This document shows positions 17,393 through 39,735 of a DNA stretch of 64,000 nt, piece by piece. Location: NCBI RefSeq assembly GCF_009914755.1, contig NC_060931.1. The stretch is one strand, 5' to 3'. Each line of letters opens with the position of its first letter. Positions within the stretch are counted from its first letter, which is position 1. The notes beneath the pieces are model-generated. The model worked only from the letters and a program-made list of their open reading frames with translations. It ran no database searches and was not told where the DNA came from. Both the position numbers and the translations under genes were made by a program. This DNA comes from the human T2T-CHM13v2.0 reference genome, Homo sapiens.

Positions 17393-17675
17393 AGCAGTCT
17401 GCCTGAGCTGCAGGGCCTGCCGGAGGTGCACAAACAGTGTGAGGGGAACCTCCCCTATGCTAGGAAACTCCCAGCCCAAAGGAGGGCATCCACAGTTTCC
17501 AGTGTTACTCAGGTAGAAGTTAATGAAAATGCTTACAAAAGTGGCTCTGGCATGCAGATGGCAGAGGACAGCAAGAGGGTAAGACACACCAGACACTGCC
17601 CGGCATCCAGAGAGTGAAGGACAAAGCCCAGTCTGGTGGCAAATGGAAAGTTTAGTGTAGAAAAGGCTCTGTGTG
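17393..17675 (+). pseudogene. NET1: NET1 (ARHGEF8) mRNA fragment: C-terminal coding region and stop
   Basis: PELQGLPEVHKQCEGNLPYARKLPAQRRASTVSSVTQVEVNENAYKSGSGMQMAEDSK/KTHQTLPGIQRVKDKAQSGGKWK/LV* matches the recalled NET1 C-terminus (...RRASTVSSVTQVEVDENAY...GGKRKETLV) with two frameshifts; TAG at 17658-17660. Confidence 0.85.
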
Positions 17676-18846
17676 GGACTTGCTGGCAAGATGGCCAAAT
17701 AGGAACAGCTCTAGTCTGCAGCTCCCAGTGAGATCAACACAGAAAGCGGGTGATTTCTGCATTTCCAAGTGAGGTACCCAGTTCATCTCAATGGGACTGG
17801 TTGGACAGTGGGTACAGCCCACGGAGGGTGAGACGAAGCAGGGTGAGGTGTCGCCTCACCTTGGAAGTGCAAGGGGTCGGGTGATTTCCCTTTCCTAGCC
17901 AAGGGAAGCTTTGAGAGACTGGATCAGGAGGAATAGTGCAATCCGGCCCAGATACTGCACTTTTCCCATGGTCTTCACAACTGGCAGACCAGGAGATTGC
18001 CTCCATAGCCTGTCTCAGCAGGTCCCACTCCCACGGAGCCCAGCAAGCTAAGGTCCACTGGCTTGAAATTCTCGCTGCTAGCACAGCAGTCTGAGGTCGA
18101 CCTGGGACACTCGAGCTTGGTGCGGGGAGGGCGTTCGCCATTGCTGAGGCTTAAGTAGGTGGTTTTACCCTCACAGTGTAAACAAAGCCCTGGGAAGTTC
18201 AAACCGGGCGGAGCCCACTGCAGCTCAACAAGGCGGCTGAAGGCACACTGCCTGTCTAGATTTCCTCCTCTCTGGGCAGGGGATCTCTGAAAAAAAGGCA
18301 GCAGCCCCAGTCTGGGACTTATAGATAAAACCCTTAGCTCCCTGGGACAGAGCACCTGGGGGAAGGGGCGGCTGTGGGCGCAGCTTCAGCAGACTTAAAC
18401 GTCCCTGCCTGACAGTTCTTAAGAGAGCAGTGGATCTCCCAGCACAGTGTTCAAGGTCTGATAAGGGACAGGCTGTCTTCTCAAGTGGGTCCCTGATCCC
18501 CGTGTATCCTGCCTGGGAGACACCTCCCAGTAGGGGCCAACAGACACATCATACAAAAGAGTTCTCGCTGACATCTGGTGGGCACCCCTCTTGGATGAAG
18601 CTTCCAGAGGAAGGAACAGGCAGCAATCTTTGCTATTCTGCAGCCTCCACTGGTGATACCTGGGAAAACAGGGTCTGGAGTGGACCTCTAGCAAACTCCA
18701 GCAGACCTGCAGAAGAGGGGCCTGTTAGAAGGAAAACTAACAAAACAGAAAAGAATAGTAGCAACATCAACAAAAAGGACGTCTACTCCGAGACCCCATC
18801 TGAAGGTCACCAACATCAAAGGCCAAAGGTAGATAAATCCACGAAG

Positions 18847-19869
18847 ATGGGGAGAAACCAGCGCAAAAAGGCTGAAAACTCCAAAAACCAGAACGCCTCT
18901 TCTCCTCCAAAGGATCACAACTCCTTGTCAGCAAGGGAACAAAACTGGATGGAGAATGAGTTTGACGAATTGACAGAAGTAGGCTTCCGAAGGTGGGTAA
19001 TAACAAACTCCTCTGAGCTAAAGGAGCATGTTCTAACCCAATCCAAGGAAGCTAAGAACCTTGAGAAAAGGTTAGACAAATTGCTAACTAGAATATCCAG
19101 TTTAGAGAAGAACATAAATGACCTGATGGAGCTGAAAAACACAGCACGAGAACTTCTTGAAGCATACACAAGTATCAATAGACGAATTGATCAAGTGGAA
19201 GAAAAGATACCAGAGATTGAAGATCAACTCAATGAAATAAAGCAAGAAAACAAGATTAGAGAAAAAAGAGTGAAAAGAAAGGAACAAAGCCTCCAAGAAA
19301 TATGGGACTATGTGAAAAGGCCAAATATACATTTGATTGCTGTTCCTGAAAGTGACGGGGAGAATGGAACCAAGTTGGAAAACACTCTTCAGGATATTAT
19401 CCAGGAGAACCTCCCCAACCTAGCAAGGCAGGCCAACATTCAAATTCAGGAAATACAGAGAACACCACAAAGATATTCCTCAAGAAGAGCAACCCCAAGA
19501 CATATAATCGTCAGATTCTCCAAGGTTGAAATGAAGGAAAAAATGTTAAGATCAGTCAGAGAGAAAGGTCAGGTTACCCACAAAGGGAAGCCCATCAGAC
19601 TAACAGCAGATCTCTTGGCAGAAACCCTACAAGCCAGAAGAGAGTGGGGGCCAATATTCAACATTCTTAAAAGAATTTTCAACCCAGAATTTCCTATCCA
19701 GCCAAACTAAGCTTCATAAGTGAAGGAGAAATAAAATCCTTTACAGACAAGAAAATGCTGAGAGATTTTGTCACCACCAGGCCTGCCTTACAAGAGCTCC
19801 TGAAGGAAGCACTAAACATGGAAAGGAATGACCGGTACCAGCCATGGCAAAAAACATGCCAAATTGTAA
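18847..19869 (+). pseudogene. L1 ORF1p, frameshifted near 19670
   Basis: MGRNQRKK...EIWDYVKRPN...TPRHIIVRF...ARREW then frame loss. Confidence 0.9.
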
Positions 19870-19931
19870 AGACCATTGACACCATGAAGAAACTGCATCT
19901 ACTAACGGGCAAAATAACCAGCTAGCGTCAT

Positions 19932-23737
<3,806 letters not shown>

Positions 23738-23972
23738 ACAATGAAAACACATGGACACAGGGAGGGGAACATCACACACTGGGGCCTGTCAGAGGGTGGG
23801 GGTAGGGGAGGGATAGCATTAGGAGAAATACCTAATGTAGATGACAGGTTGATGGGTGGAGCAAACTACCATGGCACATGTATACCTACGTAATAAATCT
23901 GCACATTCTGCACATGTACCCCAGAACTTAAAGTATAATAAAAAAAAAAAAAGAAAGAAAAGGCTCTGTGTG

Positions 23973-24930
23973 TTAACTGGTGGAAAGACTGTTTATAAAT
24001 GTATACAGTTTTGTTTTCTTGTAATAAAAGCCTCATAAGTTTACTTTATACCAGTTGTAACATTCTCATTTTTTTGGTTGTTCTTTTTTCTTTTTTTAAT
24101 GGCAGCTAAAGATATACAGATTACTGTTAAATTGCAGTCCTTTTTAAAAAAATATTTTCTTGAATTATTTAGAACATGCAAGCCTGGTATTTTTAATCAA
24201 ATAAAATATTTATAAAATAGGTGTTCTCTTATTCTGGATTCATCCTGGTTTTCTAATACCAATTGTAATATTTACAATATTCACCAAAACTTAGAATTTT
24301 GCAAATACTGGAATTCTACCAGTGCTTCTTTAATAAGCCTTGCATGTATAATTTGAAATTTTAACACTGGCACTCAAAATCTACATGAAATGTATGTTTA
24401 AAGTATTTCAAAATTTACATTGAAACATAACTTCATTAGAAAATAAACTATAAGCCTAAGTAGGTTTTTAATTTTATCAACTGGAATGCTATTAGTCGGT
24501 TTTTCACCATACATTCCTCATTTTACATTCATTTAACCTGTCAATTAATTTATTTTATTGTAGTTTTTAGCATTTGCTTTTTTTTAATGCTTTTTCAAAT
24601 TAGCAAGTCTTTATTTTTCTTTCTGATTAAAAATGTGTGTGTGTATATATATGTGTGTATATATGTGTATATATGTGTGTGTGTGCATATATATATATAC
24701 ACACACACATATATTTAATCACACCAACTTTACCAAGTAAAACCAAGCCACACTGATTTTAAGCCAATTAAGAAAACTGCCATTTTTAAAGTGTAGCATT
24801 TCAGGGTAAAGACCCATGAAATGACTTAGTGTATTCTAGACTACCAAAAGAAAACCACTTCAAAAATTTTGTTAAAAGTTTTAGTGTTGTCTGAAAAGCA
24901 AGAAGGAAAATGGTAGTAAAAGAAGAAGAG
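23973..24930 (+). pseudogene. NET1: Probable NET1 3'UTR continuation
   Basis: AT-rich non-retroviral sequence contiguous with the NET1 stop once the L1 and one TSD are removed; 3' boundary uncertain; no poly(A). Confidence 0.7.
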
Positions 24931-24974
24931 AGGAAAAGACAGCAGTTTTGTCTGGTTGTGCCAGACATTTCACA

Positions 24975-25470
24975 AGTGTAAAAGGAAATAGGAGAAGCTC
25001 AAAAGTATATGTAAGAAGAGAGGAAAGAGAAACTGGGAGAGATAGGAAGGGAGAAAGTGAGAAGGGAAATCAGAAAGAGAAAGGGGAGGAAACGGCAGAT
25101 GTGGAGAGCCAGAGAGAGAGAGAAAGAGGACGAGACTGAGCATGAGGGAGAGAGGAAACAGGGAGGGGGAGAGAGGAAACAGGGAGGGGGAGAGAGGAAA
25201 CAGGGAGGGGGAGAGAGGAAACAGGGAGGGGGAGAGAGGAAACGGGGGGGAGGGAGAGGGAGGGAGAGGGAGGGAGAGGGAGGGAGGGGGAGGGAGGGGG
25301 AGGGAGGGGGAGGGAGGGGGAGGGAGGGGGAGGGAGGGGAAGGGAGGGGGAGGGAGGGGGAGGGGAGGGAGGGAGCACGAGAGAGAGAGACAGACAGAGA
25401 GAGAGGGAGAGAAATGGGGGAGAGAGGGAGGGGGAGAGAGAGAAAATAAGATAAAGACTTAAGGAAGAGA
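24975..25470 (+). repeat. GA-rich tract with 21-bp (GGAGAGAGGAAACAGGGAGGG) and 10-bp (AGGGAGGGGG) tandem repeats
   Basis: Directly visible at 25147-25375. Confidence 0.9.
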
Positions 25471-25472
25471 CC

Positions 25473-26212
<740 letters not shown>

Positions 26213-26605
26213 CAGTCTGGCAATAAAAGATTTAGACAGAAACAGAAAGATTGGAGAGAGAGAGAGAGAGGAAGAGAATGAGAGACTGGAAGAAACAGAT
26301 TAAAGAGAGATACAGAAGGTGAATCTGGGGAGAGAGATAGTGTAAAAGGAAGAGAGAGGAAGAGACGAGACAGACAAAAAGCGCGAGCGAGAAGGTGAGA
26401 GAAATTAAGAACTATGAAAGACAGCAGCTAGGAGACAAAGGAGGCAGAAGACTGCCTGGGTGCCACAGCACCCACACCGTCCTCTTGCCCCCTGTCATTG
26501 CGACCCCAGAGCTGGTCCTTGATGGAGGAGAGCCGACCTCGCAGCAGCCTGAGCCTGGCCAGCAGCGCCTCCACCATCTCCCCGGTCAGCAGCCTAAGTC
26601 CCAAG
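26213..26605 (+). pseudogene. PLEKHA4: PLEKHA4 (PEPP1) mRNA 5' fragment: putative 5'UTR plus codons 1-28
   Basis: 26522-26605 translates to MEESRPRSSLSLASSASTISPVSSLSPK, 25/28 identical to the recalled PLEKHA4 N-terminus MEGSRPRSSLSLASSASTISSLSSLSPK; assigning the upstream GA-rich part to the UTR is inference. Confidence 0.82.
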
Positions 26606-27540
26606 CTATATGTAATACAGTTCTCAGAGTCTATGGAGGTATAAAAATTTATGCTTTGGCAAAACAAGTTACAGATAGTTGCCTAATATGTAAAAACAAA
26701 AACGAACAAAAAAACTAATAAGCAAACTCTAAGAAGGTCGCCCCTTAAAGGAAAGGACTCAGGATTAAGGCCGTTCCAAAGTGTCCAAATTGATTACACT
26801 GAAATGCCCCAAATAGGTCACCTAAAGTACCTACTAGTGATAGTAGATCACCTTACTCACTGGGTAGAGACTATTCCCTTTTCAAGTGCAACTGCCAGTA
26901 ATGTAGTGAAAGCATTAATTAAAAATATTCTACCCAGGTTTAGATGAATAGAAAATATTGATTCAGATAATAAGACTCATTTCACTGCACGTCATTAAGA
27001 AATTAGCCCAAGTACTAAACATAACATAGGAATACCATACTCCCTGGCACTCACCTTCGTCAGGAAGAGCATAGAGAATGAACCAAACTCTGAGGAGCCA
27101 CTTAAACAAATTAGTTTTAGAGACTCCTCCCCATTGCCTTGTTAAGAGTCAGGACCGCCCCTCGGAAAGATGTCAGCGTATCCCCTTATAAAATAATATG
27201 TAAGTTGCCTTATTTACACTCTACTGCTGACATTCCTACGTTGAAAACAAAAGATCAGTTTCTCAAAAACTATATACTTGGTCTATCTTCCACTTTCTCT
27301 TCCCTCAGAGCTGAAGACCGCCTTTTAGTACAGCTGCCACCCCTGGAGCTCCCAGCACACCTGCGTCAACCTGGAAATCACGTTCTGATTAAGAGCTGGA
27401 GAGAAGGAAAACTCGAACCGGCTTAGGAAGGACCCTACCTAGTGCTTCCAACTACTGAGACCACAGTATGAACAGCAGAAAGAGGGTGGACTCACCATAC
27501 TTGAGTCAAGAAAGTGCCACCATCTTTAGAGTCATAGACC
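26598..27540 (+). pseudogene. Retroviral integrase remnant
   Basis: QAICNTVLRVY...CLIC zinc finger, QIDYTEMP, LLVIVDHLTHWVE, YHTPWHSPSSG, EGPYLV motifs with stops. Confidence 0.88.
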
Positions 27541-27559
27541 ATTGTTCTAGGATCAAGTC

Positions 27560-29255
27560 CCAACAAACTAAAGCTAAGGAAAGTCTCACCCTCTTATATC
27601 TCTTTTATTGTCTCTGCTTCTTCCCTCACTCCACTGTCAGCGCCCCCCACCAAAACTATTGTGTTTGATGCTTAGCCATACCCTGTGGAGACCTACAAAG
27701 TCAAAGGCAACCAGCCTCTTCAGAAAAGTATCTTTGCCCTTAGTACTCACCCCACTCTCAACATAATCCTTGTAAAATTCCTTATCATTGGCTACCTTGC
27801 TATTCCCGGTATGATATTCTCTGGACCACTCAGTCCCAGGGCTAGGCTTCCTCAGAAGGCTGTACCTCCCTAAAACCTTACCTTCATTTTACTAAAGGAA
27901 CTACACCTGTTATTCCTATAACTAATGAGAAAACCAAGGTGTCCATTATAAAAGTAAAAGATCTAAAACAAACCCTAGCAATGGAGACAGGATACCGAAG
28001 TACAAATGCCTGGCTGGAATGGATTAAATATTCCATCCGCACCCTAAGCAAAAGCGACTGTTACACTTGTGTGCACGGTAGACCAGAGGCCCAGATCATC
28101 CCCTTTCAACTTAGTCTCCCCACTGACCAGGCACGAGCTGTAAGGTAGCTCTTTTTCAAGACCCCCACAGCCTGGGAAGACAAATCGGGCCAAGCTCTTT
28201 CTCTGCTGTTCCCAGAAGTTTCGACATCCTGTGGGTCAGGCCCCAAAGGCCATCCAGCCTCCGCCTTCCAATGCCAAGTTTACCTCATGTCTCTGATGAC
28301 AGGGAAGAAACGTAGCATTCCTTGGAGACTTAAAGGGATGCAAAGAGCTTAGGCCCTTCCAATAGCTTACCCATCAGTTTGCCCTTAGCCATCCCCAAGC
28401 GGATATATGGTGGTATTGTGGTGGACCCCTGCTGGACGCTCTGCCAAGCAAATGGAGCGAAACTTGTACTCTAATTCTATTGGCTATCTCTTTCACCCTC
28501 GTATTTCATCAACCTGAGAAAGTAAAAGCAAAGGTCTGTAAGCCGAGAGAGACCCCTTGTGAGTCTTTTGATCCTCAGGTTTATATAAATGCCATCGAGT
28601 TTCCATGAGGAGCACCAAATAAATTTAAAGCTCAAAACCAGTTAGTTGCAGAGTTTGAATTGCATTGTTCTGGTGGGTAACTATTAATAAAAATGTAAAT
28701 TAGATAAATTACATTGACTACAACCAGCAACGATTTGTTAACTATACCAAAGATGCCATTAAAGGAATAGCTGAACAATTAGGATTCACCAGTCAAATGG
28801 CCTGGGAAAATAGGATGGCATTAGCCATGATACTATCAGAGAAAGGTGACGTTTGTGTCGTGATTGGAACCCAGTATTGTACTTTCATCCCTAAAAACAC
28901 AGCCCCCAGTGGACAATCACAAAGGCCGTGTAGGGCCTTGCCTCTCTGTCAGATGAATTGGCTAAAAACTCCAGAATAGATGATCCCTTTACAAGCCTCA
29001 GGGGAAAGTGGTTCGGTGGGTGGAAAAAGCTAGTAACTTCAATAGTTACCTCCCTGGTAATTGTTGTAAGTGTACTAATTCTTGTTGGATGTTGCCTCAG
29101 ATCCTGTGCTCAAGGATGAATACAAAAACTCATTGAGACAACCCTCACTTTCCTCAATTCTCCCCCACTTTATTCAGATAAGCTCTTTCTTTCAGAAGAT
29201 CAAGCAGAACAACAAAGTTAAAACATGTTAGAAAGGTTTGAAGAGGAAAGATTAT
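27560..29255 (+). pseudogene. Retroviral env remnant
   Basis: NAWLEWIKYS...CYTC; TM heptad and ISD (WENRMALAMILSEKGDVC), CX6CC-like CVVIGTQYC, hydrophobic anchor. Confidence 0.88.
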
Positions 29256-29276
29256 AAAAATCAAAAGGGGTGAAAT

Positions 29277-29748
29277 TGTTAAATACAGTTAAGTTCTCTC
29301 TTTAAACAGCTTATCCAAATACCCCCTTGCCTTTGCTATACCCCAACTTGTCTGTACATGCCTAGGCATGCCTGAACTTGCTACAACCCCAGTCCACATT
29401 CCTTTCCTTATTAGGTAATAGGTTACCTTCCTAGTCCCCCTGTAAGTGACCCCCCTTCTCTCTCTTCTCACCCCTCTTACTTGCCTACCTTATATAAGAA
29501 AGTTTAACTGTTTAGCCAATAGGGACTAGTTTAGACTGTGGGTTCCAACCCTAGCCAACAGAGGAAAGACATAGAAGCAGAGGCTGTGTTAGAGATAATA
29601 AAAACCCATGGTTTCCTTTGTTCTGGGTACTCTCGCCATTGCTCCATTCACGAGATGCACCTTCCTATAGGAGCAAATTGCCTTGCTGAGAAATCCTTTG
29701 TCTCAGTGCTGGTTCTTCTTTGCAGCACTGAGCATTTTTTTTCCAACA
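29277..29748 (+). mobile_element. 3' LTR (LTR10B-like), preceded by PPT 29263-29276
   Basis: AAAAGGGGTGAAAT|TGTTAAATAC...TTCCAACA. Confidence 0.9.
29344..29383 (+). promoter_or_regulatory. p53 response element (4 tandem half-sites) in 3' LTR
   Basis: CAACTTGTCT GTACATGCCT AGGCATGCCT GAACTTGCTA; all four CWWG cores intact. Confidence 0.8.
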
Positions 29749-29757
29749 TGTTTATAA

Positions 29758-30426
<669 letters not shown>

Positions 30427-31288
30427 TAAGCTTAATGTTTCTCGCTCTGTAGAATTCACTGGATATGCACAGTGATATGGAGGAGAAATCCTGGCTTTCC
30501 AAAATGTACGATAAAAATGATCTTTCATGTTGGAATGTGGGTGCCTTTGAATATGCTCAGAATGTTAGGTGATGAGACCTTTGGGAGTCAGAGTACCCAA
30601 GCCTTGGAAAGTCAGGGGACACACTGAGGCCCGAAAAATCTCAGGAAAGAGCTGTAGATGCAGCACAGACCCCGTTTGTGCCCTCTGCAGACTCAGTTTC
30701 CCAGAGAGGAGGGATGGGAATGCCTGCAGGGTGCCTGGTCAGCTCCAGACCTAAACTCCAGAGCCTGTAGCTATTAGCAGAGGGCGGCTTTGAGGGGATC
30801 CCATACGCAGTTTCTAGCATCTCTGGTTGCCTCACCAGAGACTGAGGCTCTGGCTTTGTACTTTAAAATTTTTCAGTTCAGAGTCACAAACCTTTACAAA
30901 GTGCCTACTCGGTGCCCGGTTTTATGGTAGACACCAGAGATTGGGAGCTCATGGGTTGAGGGAATGCTGCATGCCAGTACAAATGATAAGTGCTGGGATG
31001 GAGCCTGGAATGGAACTGGCCGAGTCAACACCTGCAGCAAACCCCTGGTGGTGTTCTGGGAGTTAGAAGACCACACAACGTCAGGGGCAAGGCTGGGGCA
31101 GGTGAGAGGGGTCAGGACACATTTGCACTTTAGGTGAATTAATCCAGCCATGCCTGCGGGAGATGCATTTATGAGACTGCAGGCAAGGTGGCCTGTTAAG
31201 AAGATAGTGGAATTGTCAACGTAAGACGCCAAACCAAGGACTTGCAGAAAGGATCGTGGATTAGCTTCCTGGGTGGTCATAAAAATCA

Positions 31289-35044
<3,756 letters not shown>

Positions 35045-35046
35045 TA

Positions 35047-36082
<1,036 letters not shown>

Positions 36083-36417
36083 GCAGATCACGAGGGGAAG
36101 GGGAGTCAGTGTGACTCTGCAGAAGATAGTGGTGTCAGCCCTTGAGGTCAGGAGTACACAGGGAGCCGGCTAGGGGGAAATGATGGGTTCCAGGTGGGGC
36201 ATGTTGAGTCTGAGCTGCCGGTCCATGGAGCTTCTAGGGACAGAAGTCTAGGAGGTGGTCAGATGCATGGTCTAGAGTTCAGGGGAAAGTCAGGCTGGAG
36301 GTGTATGTTCCAAGTTCTTTGTATCTGGGTGGGTGGTAGTTAAAAATCAAAGGTGAGAAGCAGCCAGTGTAGCTGGGGAGTGCAGGAGGTCACGAGGAGA
36401 CAGAAAAACATCCCGGG

Positions 36418-36712
36418 GGCTGGGGGCAGCACCTGTAATCCCAGTAGTTTGTGAGGCGGAGGTGGGAGGATCGCTTGAGGGCAGGAGTTTGAAACCAGCC
36501 TGGCAACATAGCAAGACCCCGTCTCTACAAAAAAATTTTAAAAATAGCTGGGCGTGGTGGCACATAACTGTGGTCCCACCCACTTGGGAGGTTGGGGCAG
36601 GAGGATCGCTTGAGCCCAGGAGTTTCAGGCTGCAGTGAGCCATAATTGCACCACTGCCCTCCAGCCCAGGGCACAGAGTGAGACTCTGACTCAAAAACAA
36701 AACAACAGAAAA
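36418..36712 (+). mobile_element. AluJ
   Basis: Alu dimer. Confidence 0.88.
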
Positions 36713-36768
36713 CCCATAAAATTGTCCTGGAGGGAATCGCTAAGAACACCTGGAGAAAAACTGAACTC

Positions 36769-36787
36769 TGGCCACCAGGGGGCGCTC
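36769..36787 (+). promoter_or_regulatory. CTCF binding motif
   Basis: TGGCCACCAGGGGGCGCTC, 18/19 to the canonical consensus, CpG retained. Confidence 0.85.
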
Positions 36788-37349
36788 TGCACCAGCCCAT
36801 TGGAACAATTTCCATAGGCAGCAGGTGGATAAACTTGATCAGTGAATTTAAGTTTTCTCTGTGCTCTTTTCCTGCAGCAATAGGCTTCTATGTACAAAAA
36901 GTACAATTGCAGGATTGGGTTACTGACTTGAGTGTATTTACAGAGTTATAGAAAAAGGCTGCTCAAATCTCTTTGAGGAGAATCAGTGATCTTGAGATTA
37001 GAATGGTTAAGAAAAGTTGGTTGTGGAGTTGGGAAGAGGAGATATATTTAGGCTACTCCAGGAAGAAACTCTTAGGGGGCGTATGAGCAGACAGATGACT
37101 GTTTCACTTCTCTGGAGAAATGTAAGACTCTAGATGCATTTTTTGGATTTCTAACAAGATGGTGAATGAACACAGACAACTGTCTTCCTCCAACATTTGG
37201 AGAAGTCACAGAAGGAAGAAGTGTTTTATGGATTTCAGAGTCTAATATAAAAAGAGGAGTCAGAGGAGTCAGAGGGTGGTTGGGCCCCACAGGGGAGGGA
37301 AAGGCAGCCACAGAGATTAGGGTGGGGGCCAGGGCTATTGGCCCCCCTA

Positions 37350-37865
37350 TAGGTTAGCTAAAAAATTACTGTCACAAGGCTGATTGAGTTATCGGAGAAA
37401 GGCATACAAATTTATTTAATGTGTATACACGAGAGCCTTCAGTATGAAGATCCAGCTTCCCAATAGGTGGCAGAAGCTAATCTGCCATCTTGAAATTACA
37501 GAAAGAATCCAGACTCAGAATATGTCCAAAATAGGTTTTAGTGGCAAGACAGTTTATGGGAAGAAGAAAGGAAGAGGCTTGGCTCCAAAGGTGGCCTTGT
37601 TATGTAGATGAAGTCTCCCTCAGAGTGACTAGATAGTAAGTTTCTTTTCAAAGGTTTAAAGGTGTCAGATTCTCAATCACTCCTAGATCTAAAAAAGGCA
37701 TAGAAAGGGGGACATGTGGCTATGTTAATGAAGATTCTCTACAGATGCAAATTTTCCCCACAAAGACAGCTTTGCAAGGCCAACTCTATTTGCTGGCTCT
37801 GCAGCAGCTATTTCAAGTTATGCCAAAGAAATATATTTTGGGGTAAAATATTTTTATTTTCTTCA
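37350..37865 (-). mobile_element. MER34/MER39-group ERV1 LTR
   Basis: Minus strand starts TGAAGAAAATAAAAATATTTTACCCCAAAATATATTTCTTTG. Confidence 0.65.
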
Positions 37866-38829
37866 TTAGGTTGGGGTTGAGATCTTTGCTCATTTCCTTT
37901 CTCTTCCCATATTGCTTTCAGCATATTGCTCACCTCCTAGGAACTACCGCAGGGTAGAAAACAGCAGGGCCAGCCATCCCCTCATGACAACTAGAATGAC
38001 AACTACAAGGATGAAGATGGTGGGGCCATGTCAACCTGTGACTCAGCCTGTGAGCCATCAACAGAGAATAAAACCCCCAACCTTATTCCCTGTTGATGGC
38101 TCGGAACTATGGTGGACTGCTGTGTGAGAGAGAAATAAGCTTCTATTGTGTTAAGTCACTTAATACATGTTTGAGTCTATCTGTTACACAGCTCAGCCTG
38201 TGCTAACCAATGCAAAACTCTAAGTTGTAAATCAAAATTAAGAATTTCTATTTAACGAAGAACTTACAGGCAGAGTTAACAGATTAAAAAATATATTTTT
38301 AACATTAAAAACAAACAAGGGATTAATAGTTATTCTAGGTAAGAAATTCCTTTCTAAATGGCATTTTTTTGTCAGAAAAAAAAGAATTTTACATAAGGTT
38401 GGAAAGAAATCCAACTAAAGCCTCCTAGAAATCCATTTGAGAAGTGGGCAAATGATAAGAATTCATTGAGGCAGAAATGCAAATGGCTAATGTGAACATG
38501 AAGAACTGCTCAACATCCCTAGTGATCACAGAATTTATAACATGAGTGAGATACTATTCACACCAATCAGATTTGGCAGATTTAGAAAGGTAGATAAAGC
38601 CAAGTGTTGGTGAGGATAGAGGAACTGGCAATTGATATGTATCCACTGTTGATGGGAGGATATCTTGATGCAGTGTTCAGGGGAGCACCCTGGTAGGAGT
38701 TACTGGAATTAAGAATGGGTAGACTGCATGCCCATCAACCCCACTGTATCTCTACAAGGGAGATCCATGTAACAATGTCATCATGGCATTGGTAGTTGAA
38801 GTGGGGAGGTAGAGAGAGCCAAATCCCCC

Positions 38830-39466
38830 TGTTATTAGAAAGGGGTCCTGATCCAGACCCCAAGAGAGGGTTGTTGGATCTTGCACAAGAAGGAAATCAA
38901 GGTGAATCCATACAGTAAAATGAAAGCAAGTTTATTAAGAAAGTAAAGGGATAAAGAATGGCTACTCCATAGGCAGAGCAGCCCCAAGGGCTGCTGGTTA
39001 ACTATATTTAATGTTATCATTCTTTCTTGATTATATGCTAAACAAGGGGTGGTTTATTCATGAGTTTTCCTGGAAAGGGGTGGGCAGTTCCTGTAACTGA
39101 GGGTTCCTTCCCTTTTTAGACCATATAGGGTAACTTCTTGGTGTTGCCATGGCATTTGCAAACAGTCATGGCACTGCTGGGACTGTCTTTTGCGTGCTCA
39201 TGCATTTTAATTAGCATATAATGAGCAATGAGGACAATCAGAGGTGACCTTAGTCGCCATGTTGGTTTTGACAGGATTTGGCTGGCTTCTTTACTGCAAC
39301 TGTTTTATCAACAAGGTCTTTGCGACCTGTATCGTGTGCTGACCTCCCATCTCATCCTGTGACTTAGAATGCCTTAATTTCCCTGGAATGCAGCCCAGTA
39401 AGCTTCAGTCTTATTTACCCAGCTCTTATTCAAGATGGAGTAGCTCTGTTTCAAACAGCTCTGACA
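38830..39466 (-). mobile_element. MER41B-type solo LTR
   Basis: MER41 termini; CCCC/CTCC flanks; GAS-like TTCCTGGAA (39067) and TTCCTGTAA (39088). Confidence 0.88.
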
Positions 39467-39599
39467 CTCCTGACACAGGATTAATATATAGCACAGAACA
39501 ATAAACCACGCTAAACGACAAGCAGCATTGAGTGAAACAGCACAACAAACAGAAGGAGATACTTACATAAACTGAAGATAAATGCATACACAAAACAGC

Positions 39600-39644
<45 letters not shown>

Positions 39645-39735
39645 GAACATATATCCAAAGATACATTAAACCCATCAGGATGGATGCTTCTGGTGGTGGG
39701 GTCTGGAGAGTGGGAGGGGAGTGAAGAGAGGCCAC

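Noticed and set aside
18430-19710. 426-aa ORF
   Set aside because: L1 ORF1 with a chance open frame in the 5'UTR and a frameshifted C-terminus; not a novel gene
23973-24930. L1 3' transduction
   Set aside because: It lies outside the L1 TSD and has no second poly(A); it belongs to the target site
26395-26718. 107-aa ORF from the track
   Set aside because: Out of frame with the PLEKHA4 codons, then integrase; no ATG start; the informative frame begins at 26522
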